Part shown: positions 59,614 to 64,000 of the stretch, piece after piece
Numbering within the stretch: the stretch's first letter is position 1
How the letters are laid out: each line of letters begins with the position of its first letter
DNA from: Promethearchaeota archaeon
Lineage (GTDB): Archaea > Asgardarchaeota > Thorarchaeia > Thorarchaeales > Thorarchaeaceae
Length of the DNA stretch: 64,000 nt
Reading direction: 5' to 3'
Assembly: GCA_014728035.1 (NCBI GenBank)
Contig: WJMJ01000148.1
Coordinates: 1-64,000 of the forward strand
Made by a program: the position numbers and the translations under genes
The notes under the pieces: generated by a model
What the model saw: only the letters and a program-made list of their open reading frames with translations
What the model was told of the DNA's origin: nothing
Databases searched by the model: none

Positions 59614-60315
59614 ATGAAAATTCTCATCGTTAATGGAAGTCCCCGCGGTACTAGAGGAGCAACCTTTGGTGTTGTCGAGTACTTCATGAAGGGGGCGAAA
59701 GAAGCAGGTGCATCAGTGGATGTACTTCATCTAACTCAGTATAAAATCAATCATTGTACTGGGTGTTTTTCATGCTGGACTAATACTCCTGGAAAATGCA
59801 TTCATAAAGATGACGTAGAAAATCTATTTCCAAGATTAGATGTAGATTTGCTTGTGCTTGCAACGCCTGTATACGTCGATGGTATGACAGGTCTGATGAA
59901 GAATTTTCTAGATCGATTAATTCCATTATCAAGTGGGAAAGTAGAAATAGTAAATGGTCATTCGAGACATCCTAGCAGATATGGAAAGAAACATGGCGAA
60001 AGAAAGCTTGCACTAATTTCAGTATCTGGATTTCCAGAGTTGGATAACTTTGATCCACTCGTCAAACATGTAGAAGCAGTTGCAAAAAATATGCAAAGCG
60101 AATTTGTAGGTGCTATACTGAGACCCAATGCATGGATAATCCCACATATGCTTGAGAGGAATGCTCCCGTTGAAGATATCATTGAAGCAGTCGTGCAATC
60201 TGGTAAAGATATCGTACAGCATGGAGAATTTGATAGAAACACTCTCAATATCATTTCAAGAGAAATCATGCCTGCTGAAAAGGTTGCAGAGCTAATCAGT
60301 CAGGGTTTTCAATAG
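59614..60315 (+). CDS. Iron-sulfur flavoprotein / NADPH-dependent FMN reductase family
   Basis: NGSPR..GAT, CTGCFSCW...C, ATPVY and KNFLDR motifs. Confidence 0.9.
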   Translation: MKILIVNGSPRGTRGATFGVVEYFMKGAKEAGASVDVLHLTQYKINHCTGCFSCWTNTPGKCIHKDDVENLFPRLDVDLLVLATPVYVDGMTGLMKNFLDRLIPLSSGKVEIVNGHSRHPSRYGKKHGERKLALISVSGFPELDNFDPLVKHVEAVAKNMQSEFVGAILRPNAWIIPHMLERNAPVEDIIEAVVQSGKDIVQHGEFDRNTLNIISREIMPAEKVAELISQGFQ

Positions 60316-60332
60316 GCGACGGATAGAATATT

Positions 60333-60914
60333 TCATCCTCTAAACAACAATGCTGCAATCGGAACAGACACTATCATTTGCACAATGAATAGTAAAAATG
60401 TCAGTTTCCAATTTAGTCCAAGATTCTCGTGATATCCAATAATCATGATATACAAATAAAATCCATCTATCAGAATATGAATGATTCCAATAATAATAGG
60501 GTCCAAACCACCAAAGATAAGTAGCGATATCCAATCAAAACTTAACAACAGAGGGAAAGTAGCTAGATTTGCTATTCCACTTACGTTCAAGATTTTATCA
60601 ATATCATTTGATTTAGATAACATCTGCAAAATAACATGTACAAGAGATCCATTAATGAACAATATTGCAATTGAAACAATTGGATATATGAAAACCATGA
60701 TTTTATAGTATTCATCTGTTGGCCAAAAGATTATGAACGAGGGAGGTTCTGGTGAGCGTCCAAGAAATACTAGAGGAAGAAAGAACAGAATTGAAGTAGC
60801 TATACCTCTCAAAAGATATGCTTTTACACTGAAGATTGCTTTTTTATCTGCAATAACGGTAAAGGTTTCTCTTGGTGTTCGATAGATGCATTTCCATGCT
60901 TCCACTAGATTCAA
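60333..60914 (-). CDS. Yip1-family membrane protein
   Basis: N-terminal W..I...P.ETF..I amphipathic motif and five TM helices. Confidence 0.65.
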   Translation of the reverse strand: MNLVEAWKCIYRTPRETFTVIADKKAIFSVKAYLLRGIATSILFFLPLVFLGRSPEPPSFIIFWPTDEYYKIMVFIYPIVSIAILFINGSLVHVILQMLSKSNDIDKILNVSGIANLATFPLLLSFDWISLLIFGGLDPIIIGIIHILIDGFYLYIMIIGYHENLGLNWKLTFLLFIVQMIVSVPIAALLFRG

Positions 60915-60958
60915 GATGATACACCGAAATTAGAAGGATTTGGAAAATATGAACTTGC

Positions 60959-61174
60959 CTATTCCTCTGGAACAAAACCATCGGCTTTTTTATCAGCTAG
61001 TCGTTTCTGCAGAAAATCAATTGCAGCTTGATGATTACTGAATTCCCTTGATGCTTGGTGTCCCCTTGTACCAATTCGTCCAAAGCGAATTGTAACAGCC
61101 TTACCGTGAACTTGCGCACTCCAAAATTGGTTTGTAGTTTTGTTGATATACCTGACCGTCTTTGTTTCACTCAT
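60959..61174 (-). CDS. Stand-alone WGR-domain protein
   Basis: FW...V.IRFGRIGTRG....F....A......K..KKADGF. Confidence 0.85.
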   Translation of the reverse strand: MSETKTVRYINKTTNQFWSAQVHGKAVTIRFGRIGTRGHQASREFSNHQAAIDFLQKRLADKKADGFVPEE

Positions 61175-61433
61175 GAATCGCTGGCCCCATAATGATATTT
61201 CACAAACTAACTAAAGAACTCACCTATACCTAAGTTCCTGCTTGATTTGCTCCACATATCCAAACAAATGTTTGTATCAGGCATGAATCCGATCCGATGA
61301 TTCTAATCAGTTCAACCGGAATCCAATGAGAGGAAGAAATGAACACTTAGTATAATCCTAGTTTTCTACTCGAATCTTCGTTACGTTGTTCTATACACCT
61401 TTTAATCGAATTTGTGTAGATAGCTGGAGCATT

Positions 61434-62825
61434 ATGATTCGAAAATTCTTTACCATAATTTTCTTACTTACATTTCTTATTCCTTTCTTTCCACCTGAGA
61501 TTTCAAGTGTAAATGATTCTAGGGCAATGCAGACTGACTATGAATCACAAATTGCATTTGAAGAATGTACTTCTATAATCGTCACAGGTTCAGCAGCTAA
61601 GGATGGTAGAGCAATCCTCATGAAGACCAGAGACTCAGCACAGACCATTAACGTTCCAGTATATCATCCTGCAACAGATGATACCTATGCTTTCGTTGCT
61701 GTAAACTCGATGTGGATGGGAATCAATGAAAAAGGGTTAGCAGTTATGAACACTGCAATGCCTGCACTATCGGATAATGCAGATCTTGGTTCTTTAAATG
61801 GAATTGTAAACAGAAGGATATTGGAGAGGTGTTCGAACATTAGTGATGTTCTAAGGCAACTTAGAGCAAAGGATAATCCGATAATAGATACATCAGTGGG
61901 AACTATTGCGTCTTGTATCGGATTAGTAGATGCAAATGGGGAAGGAGCATTTTTAGAAACTAGTAATACATTTTCGTCAATTGAATACGTGATAGATGGA
62001 TTTCAATCACGAGCAAACCATCCGCGTACATATCCAGGCCTCGCTAGTGGACCTAGCGGCAGGGATCAATATGCGTTAGATGCTCTGAATGCAATCTATA
62101 CGGTAGAAGGAGAGATTTCATGGCAAGATGTGGCACAAAACGTTTCGAGATACGTAAACAACAAGGAATTGGGAGAGACTGTATTTTCGATTTCAGGAGA
62201 AATATGTAATCAAAATACTGTCGCAGCTATGGTCGCCGTATCGGGAGATGATAGATACGATGGAGCTCTGAACGCTATCTGGTGTTCTTATGGTCGAACA
62301 CCTATCGTGAGTGTATTTTTACCTTCAATAGTCGCTGCGGGTTCAACACCAACAATTTTGAACGATATGTATTCTTATACTGAAGAGAAGAGAGATTATG
62401 CTTCTCAAGATGGGATATTGTATAATCCACGAGTAGTTGAAGAAATACAGGATTACGCTTTTTCAGCAGAAGATTACACTTTTGAACAATATGATAGACT
62501 CATGGAAAAAATTCCAGTTGGATTATCACAGTCAGATTTACAAGCTACAACATCAGATTTCATCGATCTTACTGTAACGGTTGGAGCTGATATGTATGTC
62601 AATGAAACCGAAAGTCTTCCAGAGTATGCAACTTCATTTGATATTACCATTCCACCTTCAAATCTGGTGACCTCAGTAACTTCTAGTTCAACCACAACTA
62701 CTTCAGGAAACTCAAATAATACCCCAATTGGAACAGATGCTCTTGGATATATTGGGGCTACTATTGGAATTGGAGTAATTTCAGTCATAATCATTGCTCT
62801 CTACAAGAAGTGGAAAACTACCTAG
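61434..62825 (+). CDS. Membrane-anchored Ntn-hydrolase (peptidase C45/C69-like)
   Basis: Signal peptide, CTSIIV nucleophile Cys, KTRD, GINEKGL and RANH. Ser/Thr linker and C-terminal TM. Confidence 0.8.
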   Translation: MIRKFFTIIFLLTFLIPFFPPEISSVNDSRAMQTDYESQIAFEECTSIIVTGSAAKDGRAILMKTRDSAQTINVPVYHPATDDTYAFVAVNSMWMGINEKGLAVMNTAMPALSDNADLGSLNGIVNRRILERCSNISDVLRQLRAKDNPIIDTSVGTIASCIGLVDANGEGAFLETSNTFSSIEYVIDGFQSRANHPRTYPGLASGPSGRDQYALDALNAIYTVEGEISWQDVAQNVSRYVNNKELGETVFSISGEICNQNTVAAMVAVSGDDRYDGALNAIWCSYGRTPIVSVFLPSIVAAGSTPTILNDMYSYTEEKRDYASQDGILYNPRVVEEIQDYAFSAEDYTFEQYDRLMEKIPVGLSQSDLQATTSDFIDLTVTVGADMYVNETESLPEYATSFDITIPPSNLVTSVTSSSTTTTSGNSNNTPIGTDALGYIGATIGIGVISVIIIALYKKWKTT

Positions 62826-62946
62826 CTATAAGATGAAATGAATATTCTGGGAGATTCCAAGTTCTTGAACTAAACGAAAAGTCAAAGAAATTTATGATGG
62901 AAGAAAACCTATCAAATCTAAAGATATACTTCAGTTAAATAGATAA

Positions 62947-64000
62947 TTAGTGAGCTTTGGTTTCTTTCACTTCAATATATGGTAACTCTATACGAAATGC
63001 TGCTCCCTTATCGTATTCATCCTCAAGGAGATACATCTTCCCTCCATACGTTTCAACAATCTTCCTTGATAGGTAGAGACCTAGACCCCCTTCTTCTTTT
63101 GTGGATGTTCCACGGTCAAATAAGGTATCACGTAATTCTACTGGAATTCCAGGTCCATTATCAACAAGGTCTAGCATTATATTTTTATCATCATTGTGCA
63201 TTATGATTTTTATTTCCAATAGATTATCAACATGCTGTGATGCATTTCTAATCAGATTTTCGAAGACAAATGGAAGTAACAATCTACCAGTTGTTGAAAA
63301 TTTTTCAATCTCGCAATTATCATGATAAATGATTTTTGCAGAAGGATAACTACCCCGTGCATCTTGAATAACCGTTTCAATAACTTCTCGTAAATCACTT
63401 TCAAATTTGTTGCTGGATTTTGATAGAGATTGCAGCAATCTAAGCATTCTATTTGATACATTCTCTATTGTTGTCAGAGATTCATTGACGGGCCCATCGG
63501 TTTCTGCAAGTGTACCAGCAATATCAAGTTCTCCAAAGATAACCTGCAAATCATTGATCAAGTCGTGTCGAAGCAATGAAGTATAGAGATCTAATTCTGT
63601 AGCAGTTTCCAACAGCTTTCTCCGACTGACTCGAAGTTCGTTCTCAACCTTATTTCGTCTCAGTCCAATTGCAACAAGATTTGATAATGCCATAACGGTT
63701 TTAGCATCTTCCTCTGTAAACGGAGTTGGTTTGTTCGCAAGACCAATAAGACCTTCAGCTTTACCAGCAATAACTAAGGGCCCAAACATTACATTTTGCA
63801 AATCCACATGTCCTTCAGGCATAAACTTGACCCATTCAGAATCCATGAACGAATTATCATATGCAGGACTGTTCTCACGATAGGCTATAGAACGTAGTCC
63901 TCTTATTGGCATCGGAAGGCTTTCATCAACTGTGCATGGAAGTCCCCCTGCATCAAGAAAAAGAACTTCATTCTCACTTCCATCTTCAGAAAGTAAAGCC
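62947..64000 (-). CDS. GAF-sensor histidine kinase, 5'-partial
   Basis: Frame is open to the window end (GAF: PCTVD..LPMPIRGL). H-box LRHDLIN, ENLIRNA, DNGPGI and GGLGL. Confidence 0.9.
   Translation of the reverse strand, partial: ALLSEDGSENEVLFLDAGGLPCTVDESLPMPIRGLRSIAYRENSPAYDNSFMDSEWVKFMPEGHVDLQNVMFGPLVIAGKAEGLIGLANKPTPFTEEDAKTVMALSNLVAIGLRRNKVENELRVSRRKLLETATELDLYTSLLRHDLINDLQVIFGELDIAGTLAETDGPVNESLTTIENVSNRMLRLLQSLSKSSNKFESDLREVIETVIQDARGSYPSAKIIYHDNCEIEKFSTTGRLLLPFVFENLIRNASQHVDNLLEIKIIMHNDDKNIMLDLVDNGPGIPVELRDTLFDRGTSTKEEGGLGLYLSRKIVETYGGKMYLLEDEYDKGAAFRIELPYIEVKETKAH

Overview
AT-rich, gene-dense archaeal chromosome segment, most likely from an Asgard archaeon (Thorarchaeota-like). 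This is inferred from two arrestin-fold genes, a 7-TM protein with a longin-like domain, a Yip1 protein, an LRR protein, a PCI-like winged helix, PAS/GAF kinases and large acidic surface proteins with C-terminal TM anchors. I see no rRNA, tRNA, CRISPR array, transposase or integrase. The left part holds accessory metabolic, repair and modification genes: flavin reductase, nitronate monooxygenase, PNKP-like kinase/phosphatase, B12 radical SAM, acyltransferase, MscS, an orphan COG1743 methylase, a double-length UvrA-like ATPase and GNATs. The middle and right parts hold surface proteins and two subtilases. The best candidate for an undescribed system is the 39.7-48.3 kb island. It carries two tandem, translationally coupled [2-TM Zn-ribbon protein + arrestin] modules, and both arrestins end in an acidic DT(V)IFEW tail resembling the beta-arrestin DDIVFEDF motif. 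It also has three paralogous 2-TM Zn-finger proteins, membrane-anchored PCI-like and appendage-like domains, a degenerate ICMT-family gene and two candidate structured RNAs. Other oddities are a His-less PAS kinase fused to a CxxC thioredoxin-like domain, two decayed copies of an unknown domain next to DUF6144-type genes, and recurrent hairpin+U-tract terminators. All family calls come from motif recognition by eye; no database searches were run.
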